NCBI RefSeq assembly: GCF_963676685.1
Contig: NC_092353.1
Coordinates: 50,158,001-50,222,000, forward strand
Length of the DNA: 64,000 nucleotides
Reading direction: 5' to 3'
From: Mytilus edulis
Taxonomy: Eukaryota
Under the pieces are notes generated by a model, which worked only from the letters and a program-made list of their open reading frames with translations, was not told where the DNA came from and did not search any database. A program made the position numbers and the translations under genes. The first letter of the stretch is position 1; each line of letters opens with the position of its first letter. Of the stretch, positions 13,566 through 26,600 are shown piece by piece.

Positions 13566-13999
13566 ACTATAGTATATAGTAACTGATTAAAAAGCTAACA
13601 AAACTCTGTTTAAGAAATATTTTATATAACAAAAACAAATTGTAAATCATACAAAAATAAATATATTGAAAATGTAATCTTTCACTTGTGTTCCCAAAAT
13701 TGATGTTCCATCTTGAACTTGCATTGATGTGTGAACTATGATCATGTGTTTGATGTCTCATTTTGACTTTAATATAAAGCACAAAATAAAAGCACTCTTC
13801 CTTTCCTGCGAGTTCTGTCCGTCTGCTCAAAGGATTTGTCTACTAGTAATGAAGTCCTTCTTTTACATAAATGTATAATGATCATTGGAATTCACATAGT
13901 ACGACGATGACATTATGATTAAATATAGTGGTCGTATATATAAAATCAGTATTAACCAAATGAGATTACCAAAATTATAGTTATAAGCAATTGTTAGTT

Positions 14000-15899
14000 T
14001 CACATTCTATCGTAACCGGCATCACTTTTTCTGCATTTTAAAAAGTAAACAATCATTATTATAACAACTGATACACCGACGCCTAAAACTATTCCTCCTA
14101 CAAAACTTGCACCATTAAATTTATACTTCTTTGTAGTGGTCGGCATTGCATGTGTTGTTGGATGTGGATTCGTTTTTGGAGTTGACATTGGTGTAGACAT
14201 ATTACTTGGGCGAGTTGAAGGTTCTACTGTCACATTGGGGTTTTTCGTTGTTGGTTCTACTGTAATATTTGGGTTTTTAGTTGTTGGTTCTACTGTAACA
14301 TTTGGGGTTGTGGTTGTTGGTTCTACTGTAACATTCGGGTTTTTCGTTGTTGGTTCCAGTGTCACGTTTGATGCCTTAGTTACGGGTTCCATTGTAATAT
14401 TTGAATTTTGAGTTGTTGGCTCAACAGTAATGTTAGAATTTTTCGTTGTCGATTCTTTCGTGATATTTGGAGTTATCGTTGTTTTAATGGTAACATTGGA
14501 GAGTTCGGTTGTCTGGCCAGTAATGCTCGAGTTTCTTGTAGTCGTTGCAGAACTAGCTGATGTGTTTTTGACGGTTGTTGTCTGACGAACAGTTGCTGCT
14601 TTAATGCCATTGACATTCTTTAGCACTGAAAGAAACAAAATATACTGAAGATAATTGTAATCTCAACTAAGACAAAACACGTACGTCTCAAGCATGGCCG
14701 CTGTGTCTTTTCACCCCTTCTTTAATACAGATATTTTATTACTAAAAGTACTCTTTTTGTTTTTTCTAATATAATTTTCTGACCTATACACACTCATTTA
14801 TTAATCTATTTGTTTTAAGATAAAACAACGACTTCCTTTTTCCTCCGGAATTTTCAGTTTTAGTTTTTTAAACTTGTATTCTAAAAACATGGACACGTAA
14901 TTTTATTATCCATGCTCTATCAAAACATAATTCTATTTATGAATATGCGATTTTAAATTTTACTGATAAAAATCACACGAAATTATCTTTTTAAAAAGAA
15001 CCAGAATTAATTAAATTTCAAATCGATTGATCAACTGAATTTTAAGAGAATCGGTACGTTATTAATTTGTTTGAGGTCTATATTCATTCCCATGGTATTC
15101 GTGTTAGAAATACACCGTTTTAACCCATTCCCATGCTATTCGTGTTTGAAATACACCGATTTAACCCATTCCCATGGTATTCGTGTTAGAAATACACCGT
15201 TTTAACCCATTCCCATGCTATTCGTGTTAGAAAGACACCGATTTAACCCATTCCCATGGTATTCGTGTTAGAAATACACCGTTTTAACCCATTCCCATGT
15301 TATTCGTGTTAGAAATACACCGTTTTAACCCATTCCCATGGTATTCGTGCAGAAATACACCGTTTTATTCCATTCCCATGGTATTCGTGATAGAAATACA
15401 CCGTTTTAACGGCATATAAACCATGCTGTAACCAATTTATATATTATAGAAATTAAACGAATAGCAGTAATGCATTTTAAAATTCCATTCAATTCAAATC
15501 TTTATTGCTATACGATTTATCAACTGAATTTTAAGTGAATTGGTATGTTATTTATTTGTTTAAGATCAATATTCAAATAGTATTCTTGTTGGAAATACAC
15601 CCTTTTAACCGCATACAAAATATGTTGTATCCAAGTTTACATACAGAAATTAAACGAATAGCAGTATATACTAGTATTATTTTAACAGTTTGAAATTGAT
15701 ATGGTAAATTTAAAACGAAACCTTTAAATAAGGAAGTAATCAAATAAAATTATAGTCAGGAAGAATAAAAATAGCGTTTTGCACAATCATATGAATTTTT
15801 TAAAATGTTCAAATATTACCTACCAATTCCAGGTTTAGAATTTACTGCTGCAAAGAATATAACCACTAGCAATATGGTGCTCCTATATGTAACGTCCAT
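14000..15899 (-). CDS. CD164/porimin (TMEM123)-like sialomucin, short copy, 233 aa, 2 exons
   Basis: Exon 1 15824-15899 (MDVTYRSTILLVVIFFAAVNSKPGI, GTAGGT donor). Exon 2 14000-14625 (tttcag acceptor, phase 1). Same FNGASFVGGIVLG-TM, tail ends YDRM. Clear paralog of 7547-10450. Confidence 0.88.
15085..15410. repeat. Intronic minisatellite, ~8 x 41 nt
   Basis: Unit cattcccatggtattcgtgttagaaatacaccgttttaacc. Confidence 0.9.
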
Positions 15900-15989
15900 C
15901 GTCGATCTTAAGGATTACAGGATGAAAATATTAAACTGCTATTTTCTGAAAACTACAAAAGCTTGTGAAGACGGAAGAGATATACATAG

Positions 15990-16071
15990 CTATTTAAGTG
16001 TTTTACGAAGGTCACATGAGCTTATCATATGTATATGAATAACTATCACATACCAATAACGGATGACGTCA
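15990..16071 (-). promoter_or_regulatory. Proximal promoter of the short CD164-like gene
   Basis: TATA-like TTAAATA, M-box-like GTCACATGA 16011-16019, CCAAT 16053-16057, perfect CRE TGACGTCA 16064-16071. Confidence 0.45.
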
Positions 16072-17055
16072 AGTATCGATTGGAAAATCAAAAAGGACCC
16101 TCAACTTGAAGGATCGGTTGTCCGCTAAGTGGGTCAAGTAAAGTTAAACGATTTGAATTATAAATTATTAGAACACTTTAATGATTTAATATAAGCCAGG
16201 CCATGGAAGTATTATATTCAATGTAATACTTCCATGGTTAGACGATATTTTGCTTGCTACACTCTATGACTGAGTGCATGTGTGGCTGAAACCAGTCGGT
16301 TTTACTTCATCAATATTTTACTAATTTGATTTGATTGCCCTCCCCCCCCCCTTTTTTTTTATTAAGCTTTCTTTTCCATCACTTTTATCAAATATTCATG
16401 CATGATTATTGAAACAAGTCAATACCAGTGTGTCTAGCAATTTTTTTTTAAGTACCAACAGAAGAGTGATTTTTTATTATAATTTTTCAAATTTTTCAAA
16501 GGTTTTCTACTATCTTTACTGACACATTAACAATTGTTAAAAGTTTATTTTCAACAGAACATGTAATAAAGTGCCGGAAAACTAGTTAATTAAAATAAAA
16601 CGAGGAATGGCAATAAAGTCAACAAGTACCTGTGTTTAAGAGGAAGAAAAGTATATAAGTTTTGACAATAATTAAAGTGAGATTATTTGGAGAACTTCCT
16701 TCCTCAAAAACCGACCACTCACGACGAACTAGCTAATTATTCAAAACTGACAACACGTTTGAAAGAGAACGTGGTTGCAAATTTTTGTAGTTTAACCCTG
16801 CTATGCAATGTTGTCATTTTAGCGGTATATTTAACAATGCCCTTAAGCGCGAGGTTTGGCTAGTCACAAAACCAGGCTCAATTTGACAACCCACCTTTTT
16901 TTTTCTTCATAAAATGACCTGTAAGTCAATAATATGGCAGTTGTTATCTAATAGTTCGTTTCTATGAACGTTGCATTGTCGTTTGTTCATGTTGCACTCC
17001 AGTGATCTTTTTCCGTTATTTTCCTCTTATGGTTTATGTGTATCCCTCGGTTTGT

Positions 17056-17330
17056 TTGTTTAAACATATTTATTTATAGTGGATTGGGAAACAAGTTTTG
17101 CAACTTATATTAATCCCTTTCCACTTTGCAGGTGCGAGTGCTGCCTTGTAGCGGCATTAGCCTACTCTTTTTCGAAATCTACAAGGGTGTCTTTAACGTG
17201 CAAGAGATATGGCTCTCTCTTAACACGGGTCAGCTATTTATCGTCCCCTTCCGACGGACTGTCATCGTTTCCTCAAGACCATACTCGCAGATGGTGTCAA
17301 GGAAGAGCCGAAAATTGAGTTCCTGAAATT
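17056..17330 (-). mobile_element. 5'-truncated copy of the same SINE
   Basis: Aligns with 4540-4800 and carries the uninterrupted tail gtttaaacatatttatt. Confidence 0.75.
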
Positions 17331-18318
17331 CCTCGGTTTGAGATTGTAACCGTGATTTGTTTTCTCTCAATGATCCATTGCCAATTAGAATAAATCTTAA
17401 TTATCACTAGCAACCGTCATTGTAAAAAATATATGTGTCACTACAACCGCTTCACTCAGCAATGGAGGATTCGGTTGGGGTGGGGTGGGGCTGAATATTT
17501 CTCACTGATTGAGATTAGAAAACAATTTTATGACGGATACATACAATTCAAAAAGTACATACTAGTATGTTACTGTATATAGAATATAACTGCATGTTAA
17601 AACGCGTCTGTAATGTTAAAGCAATTTAAATTGGATATCATAAATGGAAATTCCACAACCGCACTTCACCTAAATACAGTTTACAGTCTGAATTTCGACA
17701 GGATTTGTTCATCCTATATGATACTGATTATCAAGGTGAATAGTTTTTCGTTCATTTATCATTAATCTAGATAAATTGTATATCTGATAAATAAAAGATT
17801 GTTAACATCCGTGTAAAAGTCCTCTCGAAGGAGTAGTCTACCCTTGACATAATGATAAAGAAAAATGACATTGCACAACTTGACGCATGTTGATAATGAT
17901 TTCATAAAAGCAAATAAACCCATTTAAATCGTCAGGGTTATTTAAGCAACTGAAATCAAAAAGTACATCGCTAAAAACAGAACTATAATATAGACAAAAA
18001 CTCTGGTCATTTTATATCCCTGGCCAATGTTCGCTCTTTACCAAGCAGTAAGGTAGCCATGATACATGATACCTATTACAGAATTATTTCATTGCAATGT
18101 AAAAGTCGAAGCCGTTTTTTTTTAAATATCATGTCCAGAAACTCCAGATGAAAAAAGTGTGCTGTATATTTGAAGAGTTTATACAGGAAGGAATTTTGAG
18201 GATACCCTTGTATTCATCTGAATAAAGAGAAGAGTCAATGATATATACAATCAAAGTTAGACATTTTTTTAGTCAACATACGATTTTCTCAACGGTCATT
18301 GCTTATAACGTACAGCTT

Positions 18319-18471
18319 CAGTCTAATTAAAATACAGAACTCTGATTTCGTTATACTCCTTATTCCGATTTCGTTATACTCCATATTCTGACTTCGTTAT
18401 ACTCCATATTCTGATTTCGTTATACTCCATATGAGTTTAACGAAATCAGAGTTCTATATTTTGATTAGACT
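18319..18471. mobile_element. Fold-back element with an internal 23-nt tandem repeat
   Basis: cagtctaattaaaatacagaactctgatttcgtta ... taacgaaatcagagttctatattttgattagactg; four internal ttctgatttcgttatactccata-like units. Confidence 0.7.
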
Positions 18472-18839
18472 GCGGATCTGCCTAACCGTATTAATGCAAA
18501 TGCGATAGACTACATGTATCTGTAAATATATGTCTGTTTCAATAGATAATCCGTATGCACTAAGACTTCCCTATAAGAGGTCAATGTCGTCAATATTGAG
18601 GTGTTTTTATAGAGATTAAAAGTATCCTTCCTTTTTGCTGTCTAAATCAGGTAATGAGTTTAGCTTGTTAAATTTAATATTAAATGTCTTCTCTTTATAG
18701 TTTACTAATGTTAAACATTCTTCCGTTACCATGGTTTCGCCTTGACGTATCAACAAGAGCTTGGACCCTCGATTGAACTTATCCTGACAATTCTTTGTTA
18801 CTGAGGTCCCTAGCTGATGCGGGTGTCCAAATATTCATA

Positions 18840-19165
18840 TATTATTATAATGATATACGTAAAAAGTTCATCAAGAAATATTATTGGACTAGACGGCCGT
18901 CAACTTATAAATTAGTACAATTGTTTTCTGTTGAAAACACTAAGGAACTCTGTAATTTAGGAAAGTACTTACTCTATGCATTTAAGTGCAGGAATAATAT
19001 TTAAGACCTATGTTTATTATATGTAGTCTGAAACTCACAAACTGTATAATATGTAACTGATATTTCTGACGTTTGTTATTTATGTGTACAACTTATAAAC
19101 TGTATATTTATGCATATTATACCGATAAACGGTATTGTTTAAGGTAAATAAAGAATAGAATATAA
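18840..19165 (+). mobile_element. 3' remnant of a non-LTR retrotransposon
   Basis: YNDIRKKFIKKYYW..PSTYKLVQL...LCNLGKYLLYAFKCR resembles the C-terminus of LINE ORF2 proteins (RTE-X/L2-like); ends in aataaa and a short repeat tail. Confidence 0.5.
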
Positions 19166-20811
19166 TCACAAATATTTTGCCAAAATTATCACATAATCAT
19201 TAATAATTTTTTTAACCAAGATAATCCAATAATAAAAAAAAAAAACCACTCCTGAATTATCAAATAATCATATGAAACGATGGGTCTTAAAATCAAATAA
19301 TCACTATAAATATGGCAAAGAAATCACATGATCAAAAACCCCATGAGGAGGCTCGTTACTGTATGTTATTATGAGACGTACATATATTCTACTTAACAGA
19401 TCACAAGTGTTTTGAAGAAACATAGTAAATTAATTATTTATATAGAAAAACATACCAATTAAGTAAAATACATTTTGAGGAATTATTCTCAGGGCTAGGA
19501 ATTATAATTTCCACCGATGGCAGCCGTCTTTAATTTCGTATTGAAATTTTTAGATGTTAGGAATCTAATCATCACTGCAAAATACTTTTTCAATCAATAA
19601 AAGAAAATAAAGGCAATAATAAGGGAAACGTTTGATTTTGTATGTGCTATCATTGTTCATAATTATCACTAACTACCCCAAGTTAAATATGATTTAGGAG
19701 AATGTCTGTCCTACCAAACTCATAATATACCATAATGAATCAAATGGTTTAACAATCATTATAGAATCATCGGAAATCATTTATAGTTCACCCAAAATTA
19801 AAATGGAATACACAGGGAATACACAAATCATTGCTGACATTTTTTTTTGTTTAGGAAAGCCTTATATTGTAGGTGAGACATCTCCAAGTGAAAATATAGA
19901 CCAAGGAACTGTTTTAAATATTCACTTGGGTATTGAATACACAAAGCAATACACTTTTTATTAGATGCCAATCACATTTTCCAGTTGCACAATGTTTATC
20001 TTTGTACTCTTCCTGAAAATGCCGCAATGAGATTTCTTGGTGCATATGAAAACTTTGTTTTGGCCCAAATATTTCAAATTGGAGGGAATGTAACATGCTA
20101 GAGTGCCGATAAAATAATTCTTGATAACAACATTAATTTTGGTGCGGAAGATACTGCACAAAAGATTGCATTCATGTGCTCTGGAAAGATCAGCAGTTCC
20201 TGCTAAACATGTGACACCTATAAGCTTATTTTGAAAAGGTGTGATTATACTTTTATATTAAAAAAATCTTCACAGCGAACACTAGACGTAAGTTAAAACG
20301 AACGTGCAGGAAAGTTTATCCGTATAAAAGGCGAAAAAGATCTACTGGGAGGCATCGTGACTTTAATTGAGATTTTCGTTGAAATGCGGAGGATGTGAAG
20401 AATACTCTATGTACTTTTGTCGGATATTGATCGTCGTTATTTTCTTTTTTCAGCTGATTTTTCTCACGTGACCGCCAATATTTCTAAATAAAGTAAAGTG
20501 ATTTCCCTGTACAAATTGTTTATATTATAATGCAGTTATTTTTTATTTAACCTTTGTAATATTTGATGTCTTGATAAATTCATTCACTATTTCAAACTCG
20601 TGCGAATTAGAGACTATAACTAGTTGCTTATACTGTCTACTGTTGAAATCCTAAGTTAATGTCTTTTAAAAGACGTCTTTTTGGTTAATTGAGTCGTTGA
20701 GTGCTGTATTGACGTTTATCCAGCATCTCCTTTTATTTAAAGTTAAACGTTAAAAAAAAGTTAAGTTTTTGGTGAGGATTCTTCTGAAAAAGATCATGAC
20801 AATTTCTTGGT

Positions 20812-21840
20812 GTTAACTGAAAGTCCAGTACTATTGCTGTGATGTCAGAGCTTGTCCTATTGATTTTACTAGGTACATGGGTAAACAATCTCCTTGGCAA
20901 TGAGATATCATATGCCACTGCTAATGCAACTGCATACCAAAAACAATTGACTTATCATAAGAAGTTCCTTTCAAACAAACCTAAACACAAACTAATACAT
21001 GTAAACTAAGCAAAATTTCAAAGTCAATAAACCAATACTTATTGGGGGAGGGTCAAATAATCTCTATTGTAATGAGATGTGCCAATGCTTATACAACTGC
21101 ATACCAAATGTCATTGACCTACCACTAGTGGTTCCCCATAAACCGACCGAATCACAAACTAAAACATGAAAAATAAGCAAAATTTTCTAAGTCAATAGAC
21201 TATGACTGAGGGGGCAAGCCCAAATAATCTCCATGGAAATGAGATTTGCCTATGCTTATGCACCTGCGTACCAATTATCATTAACTTACCAGTAGTGGTT
21301 CCCAATAAACTGATCTAAACATTAACTGATATATGAAATCTAAGCAAAATTTTCAAAGTCAATAGACCATGACTGAGGGGTGGGGACCAAATAATTTCAA
21401 TGGAAATGAGATATGCCAATGCTTATTCAACTGCATACCAATTATCTTTAAATTCCCAGGAGTCGGTTTCACAAACAAACTTAAGACTAAGATTGATCGT
21501 AAGTATACTGTATTATTCATGACTTACGATCAATCTTAGTCGTAAGTTGTTTTGTGAAACCGACTCCAGTAGTTGTTCTCCGTAAACTGACCTAATCACA
21601 AAATAATACATGAAAACTAAGCAAAAGTTTCAAAGTCTGACAATAGATCATAACTGAAGGGTTGGGGTCAAATAATCTTCATTGTAAAATAATAAGATTT
21701 GCCAATGCTAATACAACTGCCTACCAAATTATCTTTGATTAACCACTAGTGGTTAACCAGAAACTAGACATAAACATTAACTAATACATTGTTGACACCG
21801 CCTCCAAAAATATTATATGTATATCAAGCTTTTTTTCGCT
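20812..21840 (+). mobile_element. Helentron-like element carrying ~5 tandem ~170-bp units
   Basis: Recurring aataatctccatggaaatgagat...caactgcatacc...aaactaagcaaaattttcaaagtcaata. Confidence 0.65.
21460..21566. mobile_element. Palindromic MITE with CAG TSD inserted in the 170-bp array
   Basis: gagtcggtttcacaaa...tttgtgaaaccgactc, near-perfect hairpin, CAG on both sides. Confidence 0.8.
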
Positions 21841-22516
21841 TACTGATTTGTATTTCTGATTTGGCTTAACATTTTTGCTAATTTCTCAATCTACCTTCAA
21901 AAAATATTTTAATAAACTGAATTCATAATCTGGTGTGACTTGCAGAAATATGTCAATTTTATATTTCATTTCTCAAAGAAATCATACAGAATAAATACTG
22001 ATTTAAAATGTTTAGGACTGAGTGTTATGAAGGGTGCCACATGTGGAGCAGGATCTGCTTACCCTTCTTGAGCACCTGAGATCATCTCCAATTTTTGGTG
22101 GAGTTTGTGTTGCTAATAGTCTGTATTTACCACTAAAGGTTAACCAGAAACTAGACCTAACATAAACTAATACATTGTTGACATCGCCTTTGAAAATATC
22201 ATACCTTAGTATGTCCTGCTTTTTTTCGCTTACTAATTTGTATTTCTGATTTAGCTTAACATTTTTGCTATTTTGAATTTCTCAATCGACCTGCAAAAAA
22301 TATTTTAATAAACTGAATTCATGATCTGGTGTGACTTGCAGAAATATGTCAATTTTATTTTTCATTTCTGAAGGAAATCATACAGAATAAATACGGTTTT
22401 AAAATGTTTAGGACTGAGTGTTATGAAGGTTGCCATGTGTGGAGCAGGATCTGCTTACCCTTCCTGAGCACCTGAGGTCACATCCAGTTCTTGTGGGGTT
22501 TGTGTTGCTAATAGTC
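21743..22516. repeat. Local direct duplication of ~380 bp (21743-22122 and 22129-22516)
   Basis: Two colinear copies, each including a Penelope-like repeat fragment. Confidence 0.75.
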
Positions 22517-23626
22517 TTTATTTTTATGTTGTGTTTTGTGTAATATTGTTTGTCTGTTTGTCTGTTTGTTTCTTTCTTTTGTAGCCATGACATCAGTTTA
22601 CTTTTGATCTATCAGTTTGAATGTCCCTCTGGTATCTTTTGCACCACTTTCATGAAGTTCATTTCAGAAAAACTCTTTGGAACCCACAGAATAATGCAAT
22701 CAATGTAAATCAAGACAAGGGAAGATAACTCAAATTACTATCATTCCATAGAAATGTACCAAGTATTGAACAGCAACAATAAATTGCGTCACATTGGTAT
22801 TAGTAATTGTATAATCCATCTTTTTACAACTCCCTGTAGATTTGTCAAGTGAAAGCTTTGTTATAGATAACAGACAAATACTTATAATATATTCAAAAAG
22901 TTTTATTTCTATGAAAACTTTTAGATTTTATTAAACAGATATTAACCCTGTTATAATAAATCTGATAAATTAAAAATTCATATCTACATATTTTGTCACC
23001 ATTAAAGGCACACTATAAAATTGATAACTTTTTCTTCAAAATTATATCACTTTTAACATATGTAAATGAAAAAATCTTTTGGTTTTTCAAAATAGTAAAT
23101 TAAATATTTAAAGTCATATAAGTACATATAGTCAACAAAGTAGCATTTAGATATCACAGACAATAAGCATGTACATTGCTTTAAAATTGTGTATAAAATA
23201 AGACAAAATACAAGGCCATCTTCAAGTAAAAGTGGCTGGATTTAAGGCAGATTTAAAGACTTACACAAAGTTTGCTTCGTCTGTCTTGAAATATATAATA
23301 TAAATATGTATTCAACAATATACATGAAGTAAAAGTTAAAATTGACAAAAGTGAAAAAATATTTTGTCATATTTTATAAGCCTCAGCAGTTTTAAGTAAA
23401 ATGCATTTAACTATAACCCTGATACATGAATCCTACGGCAACTGTAAATTTCACAGAAAATGCATTTATCTTTGGGTCCTGAAATAAATTTTGAACCCAT
23501 TTAAGGCAATCTGTATTTTAAATATTAAATATTACAGATAAAAAATTAACACTTAGATTTCTTTTTTAATGCAGGGATTTTACCAGCCTGCATTTAAGTA
23601 ACAATAGCTGTACATCATCCGAACAT

Positions 23627-26600
23627 TTAGAATTCGTATTTGCACACACCACAGTCCAAAATTCTGATTTCTTTCATTGGTCTTTGATTCATTGTTTCTT
23701 GTTCTTCCATCATTTTCAGTGTCTTTGTACCTTCTATGACTTGTCTGAAATGAAAATAAAAAGATTTTACTTGTGTTTGCTTGTTTTATTTTTAGCTATT
23801 ATAGTTATTTTACCAGTTGACAATGTTTAAGATTGAAAGAAGTATTGGGTATAAAATTGAGAATGGAAATGGGGAATGTGTCAAAGAGACAACAACCCGC
23901 CCAAATAAAAAACAACAGCAGAGGGTCACCAACAGGTCTTCAATGTAGCGAGAAATTCCCGCACCCGGAGGCGTCCTTCAGCTGGTATGAATACTTTGTG
24001 ACTTTGGCAGCTACTTTATAGATATGAGAAGATATGGTATGAGTGCCGTTGAGACAACTCTCCATTATAAAAGCAAACTATTATAGGTCAAAGTAAGGTC
24101 TTCAACAGGGAGCCTTGGCTCTCACTGAACAGCAAGATATACAGGGCCCCAAAAATGATTAGTGTTAAACCATTCAATAGGGAAAACCAACAGTCTCATC
24201 TATGAAAAAAATACAATTGAGATATACTTAAGAACACCCACCAACAAACAACAATTACACTTCCAAACTAATTTAATTTGTTTTCTTATCGCATTTAAAT
24301 GCTATCAAATACTGAGATATATGTATGATGATTGCATCATGTGCAAATCAAAAGACAAGTTTATTGTTGAAAAATCATGTTTTTGAAATGCTGAAAAAGA
24401 GAAAGCACATCCATAATTTAATATATGCTATTTATTATTTATTTAAAGTAAAAAAAAGAAAAAAATGCTATGTTGAATATCAACAACAGACATAAAACAG
24501 GATTGGAATAGATTTATGTGAATTTTTCCTCTACAAACTATTTCTTCAATATTTATTTACTGTTGAAAGCAAGTGAAACCATCCATTTTAATCATTGATA
24601 TTAACATGATTAAATGTAATATATTTACCCAAAAGCAACATATTTTGTATCCATCCACTTAGCAGGCTGTAATGTGATGTAGAATTGTGAACCATTTGTG
24701 TGACGATCTTTGTTTGCCATTCCAACTATTCCACGTCTGTCATGTGATACCGCAAAATTCTCATCTGAAGACAAAAATAGTAATATTCTTAAATAATTTT
24801 TATTTATACATAACCTAATTAATAAGAAGGTTACATGTTGTGTCATGTGTACTATTGTTTGTATGTTTTGTCTTTTTCATTTTCAGGCATGGCGTTGTCA
24901 GTTTATTTTTCGATTTATGAGTTTGACTGTCCCTCTGGTATCTTTCGCCCCTCTTTTACATTTTGAAGATGCAAATAGAAAACATGGTTAAAGACTTCTA
25001 CAGGCTACAGCCTATCTGAATCTCACTTGAGGGGTATAGAATTTTGAGCTCACCATTGATAACCTTCCAGTAACTTTCAAAAGGAAGAACAGCAATAAAA
25101 CCACCCTGCCTTTGATTTAATAGTTATTTCCTATATTTACATAGGATATTTTTCAAGCATGTTCATCCCTAATTTATTTCTCCAAAACTGGATGTCATTT
25201 TATTTAGAAAATCTCAATATCAATTTCAGCAGATATTTTCTACAGGCCACTCTTTCTATGCTATGAAACATGCTTGGAACTAAATTTTAAGAACTTACCT
25301 TCAAATGCTGCCCCATAAATTGATTCTCCACCATTTCCTCTGCTATGGTAAATATCTGTAAAAGGTGAACATTTATTTATTCATTGCATATGAAGTTTTG
25401 GGTAAAAATTTATACCAATATCGTAGTTTCTAAAATGTCTTTTTAATCCCATTGACTTTCTTTGTCCTATATGCTAATGTGAAGTCATTGGATGCAAAAA
25501 AAAAAGGTTTTTGACACTTCGGATAGACATGACAGAGACTTTATACAAATTGGATTTCACTTATATATTTAATTTTTTACTTGAAGAACAAAAAAATTTC
25601 TAACAAAAAAATCATTCTCTGTCTAATTTTGATACATATCTATAATTTTCAACTAGTTTTTAACTTAAATGTAAATGTTGTAGAATTCTTAGTCGAAGAT
25701 AAAACATTGCTAGACTTTTATCTTTCAATCGTAAGACATGTTTCTTGTAAAATGAAAACCAAAATCAATCAAGTTTAAGAAACATCATGCATTTAATAAC
25801 TATAATTCACTATTTTTTTTAAATGGTCCTAATATGTTCTAGTATAGAAAGTTTAATTTCTTTTCATTTCTCAATCAAGAAAGGAAACAGGCAAAATTAA
25901 GTATAAGGTTAAAGGGCACTAATGACCTAAAAATTCCAAGGGTTTTGTCAAATACAGCTTAGGTACAAAAGTAAAACCGAGTAACTTCGGACAATTCAGA
26001 GTTTTGTAAAAAGCTGATTTATAATTATGCCCAAATCAAAATAAATGTTTTGTTGTTGTTTTAAAAAAAGAATTATAAAATGTAAATTTAAGAAACACCT
26101 TAGAAAAAAATATATAATTTCTCCTATCAGATTTAAATTTGTTAAAACTAGATCCACTCTATAATACTCCAGTACATATCAAATACATTCCTTTAGTTCT
26201 TGTGAGTAAAGCCTTTTTAAAAACAATACAAATATTAATGTATGCAATACTGTGGATTCACTATTATTCATTGGATACCAATTTTCGTGCATTTAGTGGG
26301 TACAGGTGAACCACAAAATTAATTGTTCAACAAATACAAATTTTTCTATAGGCTTAGTATACAGACTTTGGCAAATCATGAAATTAAATATCCATGAACA
26401 TGCAAGTTTTCCTTAATTCATTAAAATTGGTATCCATGAAAATAAATGAATCCACAGTAGTATTTTCTTCAAACAGTTAGCATGCACAAAAATGTCATTA
26501 AAAATATAACCAATAATGGACGACTTACCCTGACCACTACCAGTGAAAAATATATCTACAAATGTATATGGTGCTCAATAACTGTCACTCTAAATATGAA

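Larger units (their letters stand above)
7434..17480. repeat. Tandem segmental duplication: ~7434-11660 versus ~13877-17480
   Basis: Colinear similarity across 3'UTR, both exons, intron and upstream region, interrupted by copy-specific insertions. Confidence 0.85.

Noticed and set aside
20320-20480. TATAAAAG plus TCACGTGAC/CCAAT cluster as a promoter
   Set aside because: No associated exon or ORF could be identified; the motifs are short enough to be chance.
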